The notes below the pieces were generated by a model. The model worked only from the letters and a program-made list of their open reading frames with translations. It had not been told where the DNA came from and ran no database searches. Source: an uncultured Anaerolineaceae bacterium (GTDB taxonomy: Bacteria > Chloroflexota > Anaerolineae > Anaerolineales > Anaerolineaceae). From it: 53,601 nucleotides of DNA. Every line of letters starts with the position of its first letter. The stretch's first letter is position 1. The translations under genes and the position numbers were made by a program. The stretch is taken from positions 27,437 to 81,037 of the forward strand of contig CAZQSG010000001.1 of the NCBI GenBank assembly GCA_964595925.1. The letters run 5' to 3'. Shown here piece by piece: positions 10,501 to 18,788 of this stretch.

Positions 10501-12915
10501 ATTGTGGGCGGAATTGTCTGGTATATTTGCATCTTATTATTAGGATGGATAATGTATCCAGTGGTGCGAATGGCCTTCAGCGGTTTGGTGGATCGAGGTT
10601 ATGCAGTTTCAAGATTCGCTGGATTATTGCTGATTGCATTATGCAGCTGGTTATTAGGTTCAGCGGCAGTGCCGGTAACAAGAATGACCGTATGGCTGGT
10701 GATTGTATTTTTGGCACTCATGAATCTGTTTGTATTTCTAAAGAATCGGGCTGAAATCATCGCCGAAATACGTGAATCGAAAAAATTATTCCTGATGATA
10801 GAGCTGGTTGCTTTATTAAGTTTTTTGGCATTCCTGCTGATTCGCTTGGGGAATCCTGATTTATGGCATCCATATAAGGGTGGCGAGAAACCAATGGATT
10901 TCTCTTACCTGAACGCAGTGATTAAGAGCACCACCTTCCCTCCTTATGATCCCTGGTTTGCGGGAGGATATATCAATTACTATTATTACGGATTTGTCAT
11001 CGTGGGAATGCCCATCAAGGCTTTAGGCATTGAACCTGCAATTGCTTACAACCTGGTTCTTCCGACATTATTTAGTTGTTTTTCTCTGGCTGCCTTTACC
11101 TTTGGTTACAACGTATTAACAGTCCCTGAAAAAGGTCTCTCGAAAAAGTGGTCTGATTTCCTGAGACAGGCTCCTGTGTTCGGCGGTTTAATTGCAGTAA
11201 TATTCTCATTAATTATTGGGAGTATTGGCACGATAAAGATGGTTTTCAATGGCTTGATGCGATTGGGCGGTGTAAGTGAGCCTGTTTTGTTGAACTTCTG
11301 GAACAATGCATCAGCATTCTTTAAAGGGATTGGAATGGCATTCCAGGGGAATGTACTGCCATTTTACCCGGGGGATTGGTATTGGATTCCAAGCAGGGCA
11401 ATTCCGGGAGAGGCAATTACAGAATTTCCTTTCTTTACCTTCCTTTATGCTGACCTGCACGCTCATTTAATTGCGTTGCCGATCACATTGTTCGTTTTGG
11501 TATGGGGATTATCAGTATTGAGAACAAAATGGATTTTCAAAGGAGTCCACCAATGGAAAAAATTAGCCGTAAGTCTGATTATTGGTGCTGTTGCGGTTGG
11601 AGCATTACGACCTACGAATACCTGGGATTTCCCTGTTTATTTGGTGTTATCGGTTCTGATCATTGGTTATGCTCTGACTCGAAATTTTCATTATGATTTT
11701 TCAAAAACAATGGCATGGGTTCCTGAGAAATTGAGAAATGTAACCTTTGCAGGGTTAGTGAGCATTGCATTTATTCTATTATGCCTGGTGCTTTACTCCC
11801 CATTTTCCGAATGGTACGGACAGGGTTATTCATCGGTCAAATATTGGGAGGGGGATCATACCCCAATCGGTTCTTATCTCACTCATTGGAGTGTTTTTCT
11901 TTTTGTCTTACTTTCGTGGTTGGTTTACGAAATCTATGATTGGATGCGTGTTACTCCGGTTTCTTATTTGAAAACTTTGCGCCCTTATCGCTTATGGATT
12001 CAAATTGGGATGAGCATTTTACTGATGTTGCTGATTACACTTGCAATACTTGGTGTATCCATCATCTGGATTGCGCTGCCAATCGCGTTTTTGGCAGGCG
12101 TGCTTCTATTTCGACCAGGTATCAGTGATCGAAAGCGTTTGGTTTTATTTATGACAGGAACAGGCTTGGTGTTGACAATTCTTGTTGAAGTGATTGCTTT
12201 AGAAGGCGATATAGGGCGGATGAATACTGTTTTCAAATTCTATCTTCAAGCATGGGTGTTATTATCACTTTCTTCAGCAGCTGCGCTCAGTTGGTTAATT
12301 CCTGCGGTGCGAAAGAATGATGGTATATTCCCCGTCGTATTTCGGGTTGTGTTTGGGATACTATTCTTTTCTGCTCTGCTATATCCTGTAATGGCTACCA
12401 GAGATAAAATTAATGACCGGATGCAACCAGATGCGCCTCACACACTTGATGGAATGGCTTATATGGCTTTTTCATCGTACAATGACCAGGGACAAGATTA
12501 TTCTCTAAGTGAAGATTATTTGGCGATTCAATGGATGCAGGAAAATATCGAAGGTTCGCCTGTTATTATTGAAGGTAATACGGTGGAATATCGTTGGGGC
12601 TCCCGCTATACGATCTATACAGGATTGCCATCTGTCGTAGGTTGGAATTGGCATCAGCGTCAGCAGCGTACGGTTGTTTCTTCTGAGCGCGTAACTGATC
12701 GAGTGGATGATGTCAAACTTTTCTATAATACAACGGATGGTGAAGAGGCGCAAGCAATATTAGAGCAATATGATGTTTCCTACATTGTCGTCGGACAGTT
12801 GGAACAAGTGTATTTCCTCCCAGAAGGACTGGAAAAATTTGATGCCTTCGATGGAAAATATTGGACAACTGTCTATCAGGTAGGGGAGACGACGATCTAC
12901 AAAGTGATAGAATAA
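7570..12915 (+). CDS. Giant (1781 aa) fusion membrane protein: N-terminal GT-C-like module, central duplicated soluble region, C-terminal Chlor_Arch_YYY (DUF2298/TIGR03662-like) module
   Basis: The ORF is uninterrupted. The N-terminal loop motif is HLHPDERFLTF (7741-7770). The central region of ~480 aa has no TM helix. The C-terminal module carries GGEKPMDFSYLNAVIKSTTFPPYDPWFAGGYINYYYYGFVIV, with EKPMD at 10885-10899 and YYYY at 10978-10989. This is the hallmark YYYxG motif of the Chlor_Arch_YYY family as I recall the TIGRFAM description. Confidence 0.75.
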   Translation: MSIEEQKHQNSPIEKNSLSAESQQKQHKSQWIWTVVLILVLAAGGYVRTVGMDWDDHEHLHPDERFLTFVVSSIHPNENPADFFNTSKSTMNPNNVGYGFFVYGTLPLFIVRAAADQLSVTGWDMYLVGRYVSAIFDILTILITYLIGYKLFKKEWVAVLGAAFYACAVLPIQLSHYFTVDIQANFFSMTAFYFAVVAMRQKRKLNRKNDEEYETYEGDKKPLTDELILWVTGRWEEAIPYLLFGVFYGLAMASKVSVLPIAALIAIAAIVSYMGLSNEDRKEALPFLIRNVLLAAVVSVIIFRIGQPYAFQGPGFFGILPNKDWINDLTSLSGQAKGLVDFPPALQWSRRPLSFGFTNLIRWGLGLPLGIWAWISFFWMLWKIIRYPSRRYLGLLWLFTAAYFVWQSLAFNSMMRYFMQIYVPLSLIAAWGFSELFNLKFQRKWFQSGFRILSPILCVGIILSTAAWAFAFSNIYTRPATRVEASDWYFQNISGPINLNVLLEDGDEKQQVLPYEAGVLINSERPLVYSFQAVTTGTISEIHLSHIRTEYSDGDLYHGIYAEITTSFDEETPVGYGELFTEFRKETNQMGDPQTIFLAQPAYIEKGEEYFLTLESESETANLSIAGSIYLDIQRRDDGTDQLQVLPEAVHRITETTPKTSTFTSKYTGQLRSISIPNIADHLGVISEKTLQMQITDSSNLENTTITKVVSDFLPVGDPKGEEFTFNFNPPLNLIEGNIYYLDLSLDGDGSIAIYGTKQVNESSWDDVVPQRRDGYDPFSETNGVYRTELNFEMYWDDNEDKRERFLNNLEEADLIMITSSRQWANTTRVPERYPMTSMYYRELLGCPDGENIERCYEIAEPGMFTGNLGFELIEVFQSNPNIGDFEINDQPSEEAFTVYDHPKVLLFEKTDAYDTEAVRQLFYAIDLDAVMHMIPAEVPQRTAKNLLLPPDRLTEQRAGGTWSELFNSASVLNSNPIVGGIVWYICILLLGWIMYPVVRMAFSGLVDRGYAVSRFAGLLLIALCSWLLGSAAVPVTRMTVWLVIVFLALMNLFVFLKNRAEIIAEIRESKKLFLMIELVALLSFLAFLLIRLGNPDLWHPYKGGEKPMDFSYLNAVIKSTTFPPYDPWFAGGYINYYYYGFVIVGMPIKALGIEPAIAYNLVLPTLFSCFSLAAFTFGYNVLTVPEKGLSKKWSDFLRQAPVFGGLIAVIFSLIIGSIGTIKMVFNGLMRLGGVSEPVLLNFWNNASAFFKGIGMAFQGNVLPFYPGDWYWIPSRAIPGEAITEFPFFTFLYADLHAHLIALPITLFVLVWGLSVLRTKWIFKGVHQWKKLAVSLIIGAVAVGALRPTNTWDFPVYLVLSVLIIGYALTRNFHYDFSKTMAWVPEKLRNVTFAGLVSIAFILLCLVLYSPFSEWYGQGYSSVKYWEGDHTPIGSYLTHWSVFLFVLLSWLVYEIYDWMRVTPVSYLKTLRPYRLWIQIGMSILLMLLITLAILGVSIIWIALPIAFLAGVLLFRPGISDRKRLVLFMTGTGLVLTILVEVIALEGDIGRMNTVFKFYLQAWVLLSLSSAAALSWLIPAVRKNDGIFPVVFRVVFGILFFSALLYPVMATRDKINDRMQPDAPHTLDGMAYMAFSSYNDQGQDYSLSEDYLAIQWMQENIEGSPVIIEGNTVEYRWGSRYTIYTGLPSVVGWNWHQRQQRTVVSSERVTDRVDDVKLFYNTTDGEEAQAILEQYDVSYIVVGQLEQVYFLPEGLEKFDAFDGKYWTTVYQVGETTIYKVIE

Positions 12916-12930
12916 ACCTATTGAATAGGA

Positions 12931-15522
12931 ATGAATATGGGCACATTTTTCCTCTGGTATTTAGTAATTTTTCTCCTCGGTCTGATTGGGTTCCCGATCT
13001 CATTCCGTTTATTAACTAAACTTAAAGATCGAGGTTACACACTTGTAAAAAGTCTCAGTCTGCTTGTTTGGGGATACCTTTTCTGGTTATTGTGTGTTCT
13101 TGGACTGGTGCAAAATAACATCGGAGGTGTTGTCTTTGCACTTGTCGTCTATCTGGGGATTTCGATCGCCTGTTTGAATGGAAAACTACAAGAGATACGG
13201 ATATGGATTCGTGACAATTATCGAATCCTCTTACTTTCAGAAGCCGTGTTTTTTATTGCATTTGCTTTGTGGACAGTTGTTCGTGCTGCAAACCCGGCAT
13301 TGATTGGCACTGAAAAGCCAATGGAGCTAGCCTTTATTAATGCTATTTTGAAATCACCCACATTCCCGCCAATTGATCCCTGGTTATCAGGTTATTCAAT
13401 TTCCTATTATTATTTTGGTTATGTAATTGTGAGTATGCTGATTCGAATTACTGGAACTCTCCCGACAATTGCTTTTAACCTGATGCTCTCACTTTTGTTT
13501 GGTTTGGTGGCAGTAAGTTCGTTTGGTATTCTGAACAATCTCCTACAAACCAGAAATAAGGAGAAGGATGGGGCTCATTTTTCAATTTCACAATGGCTGG
13601 CAGGTTTGCTGGGGCCGGTGTTTATTTTAATCATTGGGAATCTGGAAGGTTTTTTGGAAATGCTGCATGCAAAAGGACTTTTCTGGACTCGAAGTGCGGA
13701 CGGCAGTTTCACTTCAAAATTTTGGAATTGGTTGCGTATACCGGAGATTGAACTTCCACCTACAGAGCCTTTTAGCTGGATTCCAAACCGGCAGAATGGT
13801 TATTGGTGGTGGCGTGCCTCACGGGTGCTGCAAGCTTATAAAATTAGTGGAGAACGAATCGAAATTATTGATGAGTTTCCGCAATTTTCATACATACTTG
13901 CTGACATGCACCCCCATGTTTTATCGATGCCTTTTGTATTACTGGCGGTTGGAGTCATCTTTAATATATTTCTGGCAGGTTCTAAATCAGCAGAAGGGAA
14001 AGTCGGCATTCTGTCCTGGATGCGTTCTAAATTATTCAAACGCGAAGGGATTGATTTCCAGGAAACATACGTATATTCATGGGTGAAAGACCCTATATTT
14101 TGGTTAATCGCTTTGATAGCCGGGGGGATTGCATTTTTTAATATTTGGGATTTCCCAATTTATGTTGGATTATTGTGTCTGTCCACTGTTCTCTATCAGT
14201 ATTGGCAGACAGGTTGGGGGAAAGCGCGTTGGATTGAGTTCTTTGAAACAGGCATTCTCACCGGACTTGCCGGCATTCTTTTGTATTTGCCATATTATTT
14301 AGGCTTTGGTTCTCAAGCCGGGGGTGTTTTACCAAGTCTTAATTTTTATACAAGAGGCGTGTATTTCTGGATCATGTTTGGCGGTTTATTGATTCCAATT
14401 TGTGGGTGGATGATCTGGAGGAGAATTAAAACCAAAAATGAATTTAATGCAAAATTTGGGGGAATTGTTTCTGGCGGGCTGGTTTTCGGATTATGGGTGG
14501 TATCTTATCTGTTTACAGCTCTTCTGCTTGTTATTGGCGGGATGGGGGATGGCTCTGAAAAAGTTCAGGATTTACTGGGACAATTCTACTGGCTGCAGGG
14601 TGGTGTTGATGGGCGGACAATGCTGGTTCAATCCTTTGCAAACCGATTGGTTGAGCCAGGGACATGGATAACTTTACTTATTATGCTTGCACTGGTCTGG
14701 GGGTTGTTGGCAGGGATAAAACGGAAAAAGTATAACCAAGTTGATCGAAACGGCGAAAACAAATCAATGATAGCCGGGTTTGTGTTGTTACTGATCCTTT
14801 TGGGGTTGGGGTTGGCCTTAGTACCCGAATTCTTTTACTTACGGGATCAGTTTGGCACTCGAATGAACACCATTTTTAAATTCTATTTTCAAATCTGGAT
14901 ATTATGGGGGTTGGCTGCTTCTTTCGCACTGATCGTGCTATGGAGAGAAACCAAAGGATTTGCCAGATTAGTTATCCGCATTGCTTCGATTTTCTTAATC
15001 GGGTTGGGTCTTGCATATCCTGTCTTTGCGATTTTAAGGACGACAAATAATTTAAATCCGCAAACTTATCAGGATGGTGAATTGGTATCAGACTGGTCTT
15101 TGGATGGTGCCTTATACCGCACTCGCAATAATCCTGATGAAATGGCTGCGATAAAATGGCTGCGCGATAAAGCTCCTTTAGGTGTTGTTGCCGAGGCGGT
15201 AGGTGGAAGCTATACTGACTATGCGCGTGTAGCCACGTATTCGGGAATGCCGAATGTTCTTGGGTGGCCCGGGCATGAGAGTCAGTGGCGCGGTGGTGGA
15301 GAAGAGATGGGATCTCGTGAATCTGACATTGAATTAGTATATCGGAGCGGAAATTGGGACCAGGTTCAGATGATTCTGGATCAATATAATATTCGATATG
15401 TTTTTCTAGGTAATCTGGAACAGATCAAGTATGGGGCATCTGATAAAGTGTTTTCGATTTATTTGGCGCCTGTATTTCAAGCTGGCGACACTAAAATATT
15501 TGAATATAACCCCCTGGAATGA
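12931..15522 (+). CDS. Chlor_Arch_YYY (DUF2298/TIGR03662-like) polytopic membrane protein
   Basis: 863 aa and highly hydrophobic. GTEKPMELAFINAILKSPTFPPIDPWLSGYSISYYYFGYVIV (EKPME 13312-13326, YYY 13405-13413) is paralogous to the C-terminal module of the preceding ORF. The C-terminal soluble domains are also paralogous (LGWPGHESQWRGG...YNIRYVFLGNLEQ versus VGWNWHQRQQR...YDVSYIVVGQLEQ). Confidence 0.8.
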   Translation: MNMGTFFLWYLVIFLLGLIGFPISFRLLTKLKDRGYTLVKSLSLLVWGYLFWLLCVLGLVQNNIGGVVFALVVYLGISIACLNGKLQEIRIWIRDNYRILLLSEAVFFIAFALWTVVRAANPALIGTEKPMELAFINAILKSPTFPPIDPWLSGYSISYYYFGYVIVSMLIRITGTLPTIAFNLMLSLLFGLVAVSSFGILNNLLQTRNKEKDGAHFSISQWLAGLLGPVFILIIGNLEGFLEMLHAKGLFWTRSADGSFTSKFWNWLRIPEIELPPTEPFSWIPNRQNGYWWWRASRVLQAYKISGERIEIIDEFPQFSYILADMHPHVLSMPFVLLAVGVIFNIFLAGSKSAEGKVGILSWMRSKLFKREGIDFQETYVYSWVKDPIFWLIALIAGGIAFFNIWDFPIYVGLLCLSTVLYQYWQTGWGKARWIEFFETGILTGLAGILLYLPYYLGFGSQAGGVLPSLNFYTRGVYFWIMFGGLLIPICGWMIWRRIKTKNEFNAKFGGIVSGGLVFGLWVVSYLFTALLLVIGGMGDGSEKVQDLLGQFYWLQGGVDGRTMLVQSFANRLVEPGTWITLLIMLALVWGLLAGIKRKKYNQVDRNGENKSMIAGFVLLLILLGLGLALVPEFFYLRDQFGTRMNTIFKFYFQIWILWGLAASFALIVLWRETKGFARLVIRIASIFLIGLGLAYPVFAILRTTNNLNPQTYQDGELVSDWSLDGALYRTRNNPDEMAAIKWLRDKAPLGVVAEAVGGSYTDYARVATYSGMPNVLGWPGHESQWRGGGEEMGSRESDIELVYRSGNWDQVQMILDQYNIRYVFLGNLEQIKYGASDKVFSIYLAPVFQAGDTKIFEYNPLE

Positions 15523-15529
15523 GGTGAAA

Positions 15530-17248
15530 ATGCAGGAAAATAAGATTTTGATTAATAATATAAACCTTCTACCGATTATCATCGCAATATTTTTGGCTGG
15601 GATGTTCCTGCGATTTTATAAGTTAGGATCAAACCCATTAGACAATCATGAAGCCGCTTATGCGTTACAAGCGTTAGATGCGGCCTCTAACAAGAACAAT
15701 TTTCCAGTTCAAACTGATCCTTTATTGGTGCTTGGTACTGCAGCGTTATTTTTCTTCTTTGAAGATAACACTTTACTGGCCCGGGTATTACCCGCATTGT
15801 TTGGGTCAGCACTGATCCTGGCTCCATTATTCTTGCAGAAGAAATACTCACCAACAGTGTTATTAATTCTTTCAATTGGGTTGGCCTTTGATCCGAGTCT
15901 CGTTGCCATGTCGAGAACTGCGGATAGCCATATTATTACGCTTGCAGTCTTTTCATTTCTCCTCATTGCGATGTTATGGGATAAGGCGATATGGTTTGGA
16001 ATTCTCACTGGTCTTTTGTTATTAAGTGGCCCGAATATTGGTTTGTTGTTGTTAATTTTGTCCGGTGTGTTCATTTGGGATTGGTTCACTGGCAGGTCAA
16101 TGATTCATTCTCTGCCAAACCGATTTAAAAAAATTCCCTGGAAAGCAATAGTATTGTCATTTTTTATCACTTTTCTGTTGGGTGGTACATTATTTTTACA
16201 ACGTCCCGAGAGCATCAGTGCCGTTTTTATGGGGCTGAACGAATTCTTTGTTGGCTGGGTGAGCACCGAATCTAACTTATCAATTTCCCAAATTGGCATT
16301 GTGTTGATTGCATATGAGCTCTTTGTCATAGTTTTTGGACTATGGGGAATAGTTTATTTTTCACGTCAGAAGGAAAAAAAGCAGTTGAACCTCTTACATT
16401 GGCTGATAATAGCGTTATTCCTTGTGACATTATTTCCAGCCAGAACAGCGGGGGATTTGATCTGGGTACTTGTTCCTTTGTGGGTTTTTGCTGCTATGCA
16501 AATTGAAAGAATAATACAAGTATTTAAAAAGATTAATTGGATCGCTATCGGGTTAGGTATATTCTATTTGGTTTTATTGTGTTTTATAATTCTAAATTGG
16601 GTCAGTATAGTGAACAACCAATTTGATCAGCAACAGGTTGTTTTACGATGGTTATTAATCGGTGGTTCGATTCTCCTAATAGTGCTTGTAGCTTTTATGG
16701 TCAATTATGGGTGGGGGATGTCTTTCGGTACAAATGCTTTGCTGACGGCAGTATTTGTGTTTTTGATAGGGTTTAGTCTTCTTCCTGCAATATGGTCATC
16801 TACTTTCTTAGGAAATCGCCCCGATCTTGAGTTCTGGAGGTTTGCGCCTTTTCCAGGACAATCAGCTTATCTTAAAGAAACGATCGATGATTTGTCGGAG
16901 TGGAATCATGGCGACAATGAAAGCCTGGAGATTGTTACGGTGGGAGTGAATGATCCTTCATTAAAGTGGTTATTGCGAGAGTATAGGGTCAATTATGTTT
17001 CTGGTTTGGCACCTGCCACGTCACCTGAAATTATTATTACTCCCATTTATGAGAGCGGAGGGTGGAATGCGTCTTATACTGGACAAGATTTTGCCATCAG
17101 GCAATATCCTAATTGGTCACTGTTATTTTCACAAGAATGGCAGCAATGGTATTTACATCGGAATGTGGATGTAACGAGAGAATTGGTCATTCTTTGGACG
17201 CGAACGGACATTTTTCCTGGTAGTAGTATTCCTGGTGTTGAAGACTGA
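15530..17248 (+). CDS. Polytopic membrane protein, GT-C-like (ArnT/PMT_2- or TIGR03663-like) putative glycosyltransferase
   Basis: 572 aa from the ATG at 15530, which follows SD GAGGTGA 7 nt after the upstream stop. The track ORF start at 15431 would overlap the previous gene by 92 nt and has no SD. The first loop after RFYKLG contains NPLDNHEAAYAL. There are ~13 TM helices and a C-terminal soluble domain. Confidence 0.5.
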   Translation: MQENKILINNINLLPIIIAIFLAGMFLRFYKLGSNPLDNHEAAYALQALDAASNKNNFPVQTDPLLVLGTAALFFFFEDNTLLARVLPALFGSALILAPLFLQKKYSPTVLLILSIGLAFDPSLVAMSRTADSHIITLAVFSFLLIAMLWDKAIWFGILTGLLLLSGPNIGLLLLILSGVFIWDWFTGRSMIHSLPNRFKKIPWKAIVLSFFITFLLGGTLFLQRPESISAVFMGLNEFFVGWVSTESNLSISQIGIVLIAYELFVIVFGLWGIVYFSRQKEKKQLNLLHWLIIALFLVTLFPARTAGDLIWVLVPLWVFAAMQIERIIQVFKKINWIAIGLGIFYLVLLCFIILNWVSIVNNQFDQQQVVLRWLLIGGSILLIVLVAFMVNYGWGMSFGTNALLTAVFVFLIGFSLLPAIWSSTFLGNRPDLEFWRFAPFPGQSAYLKETIDDLSEWNHGDNESLEIVTVGVNDPSLKWLLREYRVNYVSGLAPATSPEIIITPIYESGGWNASYTGQDFAIRQYPNWSLLFSQEWQQWYLHRNVDVTRELVILWTRTDIFPGSSIPGVED

Positions 17249-17286
17249 TTCAACAAAACTTTTACAGGTAAAAGGAAGCATAAGTA

Positions 17287-17988
17287 ATGAGCAAAACGCT
17301 GACAATTGCAATTGATGGCCCGGCTGCATCTGGAAAATCAACCGTGGCAGAGATATTGGCTGAAAAATTAAATCTTTTATACCTTGATACAGGAGCAATG
17401 TACCGGGCAGTTACACTGGCAGCCCTCATTCAGTTAAATGGGGTCGCTGATGAGATGCGAGTCTCAGACCTTTCAAAAAAGATTAAGATTGATATCCAAC
17501 CTGCTGATAAAAGAGATTGTCGAATGAATGTTGTACTGCTGGATGGAGTTGATGTTACCCGAGATATCCGATCCTGCGAAGTAAACGACAATGTTTCAGC
17601 CGTTTCTGCTTATCCGCTCGTAAGGGATGAAATGACGCGTCAGCAACGAAGGATAGGTCATCGGGGAAATGTGGTGATGGTTGGACGTGATATAGGAACG
17701 ATTGTGATGCCCGATGCTGATTTGAAGTTTTATATCGAAGCTTCTGCTGAAGTACGTGCTGAACGACGTCATCTCGAGGTCAGCCAACGTGGCGGCAAAG
17801 AAACCTATGATGAGATATTGTCTTCTTTAAAAAAGCGAGATGAAATTGATTCCAATCGAATTATAGCTCCGTTAAAGCCAGCGGAAGACGCGATAATTAT
17901 TAATACAGATCATCTTACAAAGGATGAAGTTATCGATAAATTGCTGAATTATTGTGAGCAATGGTCATTAGAAAACGAGGGAATATAA
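17287..17988 (+). CDS. cmk: (d)CMP kinase (cytidylate kinase)
   Basis: IAIDGPAASGKSTVAE P-loop, YLDTGAMYRA, and typical length. Confidence 0.9.
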   Translation: MSKTLTIAIDGPAASGKSTVAEILAEKLNLLYLDTGAMYRAVTLAALIQLNGVADEMRVSDLSKKIKIDIQPADKRDCRMNVVLLDGVDVTRDIRSCEVNDNVSAVSAYPLVRDEMTRQQRRIGHRGNVVMVGRDIGTIVMPDADLKFYIEASAEVRAERRHLEVSQRGGKETYDEILSSLKKRDEIDSNRIIAPLKPAEDAIIINTDHLTKDEVIDKLLNYCEQWSLENEGI

Positions 17989-17990
17989 TT

Positions 17991-18767
17991 ATGACAACTA
18001 TGAAATTATTATCCTGGAATGTGAATGGTATCCGATCAATTCATAAGAAAGGCGCGCTAACCGAGTATATTAATCTGGGTGCTGATATATTATGTATTCA
18101 AGAGACAAAAGCACAGGTTCAACAACTTGGCGAAGATATTACTATCTTTGATGGCTATCGATCTTACTTTTCTGATGCAGAAAGAAAGGGATACAGCGGG
18201 GTTTCGATTTATACAAAACCGGTGCCATTAGCGATTGAAACCGGGATGGGTATCGAACGGTTTGACAGTGAAGGACGAACTTTATTGGCAGATTACGGTG
18301 ATTTTGTGCTTTTGAATCATTACTACCCCAATGGAAAAGCATCAAGTGAACGGTTGAATTATAAAATGGATTTTTACGAGGCATGTCTGGAATTCACGGA
18401 TAAGCTGGTTGCTGCCGGAAAAAATGTTATCATCTGCGGCGATGTGAATACAGCGCATACTCCGATTGACCTGGCCCGTCCAAAAGCTAACGAAGATATT
18501 TCTGGGTTTTTACCTGAAGAACGAGCATGGATCGATACATTCTTGAGCCATGGCTATGTAGATACTTTTAGAATGTTTCATCCTGAAGAGCCAGATCAAT
18601 ATTCATGGTGGAGTTTTCGATCAGGTGCAAGAAAACGGAATGTTGGCTGGCGGATTGATTACTTTTTCGTCAATGAGGCCTATCAAAGTCATATCAAGGA
18701 TGCATTCATTTTAAATGAATTTGTTGGGTCAGACCATTGTCCAATTGGGATAGAACTGGAAATTTAG
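17991..18767 (+). CDS. xth: Exodeoxyribonuclease III (AP endonuclease)
   Basis: MKLLSWNVNGIRS, LCIQETK, GDVNTAHTPIDL and SDHCPI motifs. ATG at 17991 follows SD GAGGGA and lies just after the cmk stop. The track start at 17961 lies inside cmk. Confidence 0.9.
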   Translation: MTTMKLLSWNVNGIRSIHKKGALTEYINLGADILCIQETKAQVQQLGEDITIFDGYRSYFSDAERKGYSGVSIYTKPVPLAIETGMGIERFDSEGRTLLADYGDFVLLNHYYPNGKASSERLNYKMDFYEACLEFTDKLVAAGKNVIICGDVNTAHTPIDLARPKANEDISGFLPEERAWIDTFLSHGYVDTFRMFHPEEPDQYSWWSFRSGARKRNVGWRIDYFFVNEAYQSHIKDAFILNEFVGSDHCPIGIELEI

Positions 18768-18788
18768 CAGAAGACACGGAGATTAAGG

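Noticed and set aside
13634-14086. 150-aa plus-strand ORF in an alternative frame inside the 863-aa YYY gene. Similar ORFs occur inside the 1781-aa gene (for example 9227-9412, 9443-9673, 10527-10754, 11502-11696, 11765-12128).
   Set aside because: These are out-of-frame overlaps with long ORFs whose translations show conserved family motifs. The alternative-frame peptides are Cys/Trp/Arg-rich and low-plausibility, and they have no SD.
15431-15529. N-terminal extension of the 572-aa membrane protein (track start 15431).
   Set aside because: It would overlap the preceding gene by 92 nt and encodes a non-membrane, Arg/Phe/Trp-rich peptide. ATG 15530 has a GAGGTGA SD right after the upstream stop.
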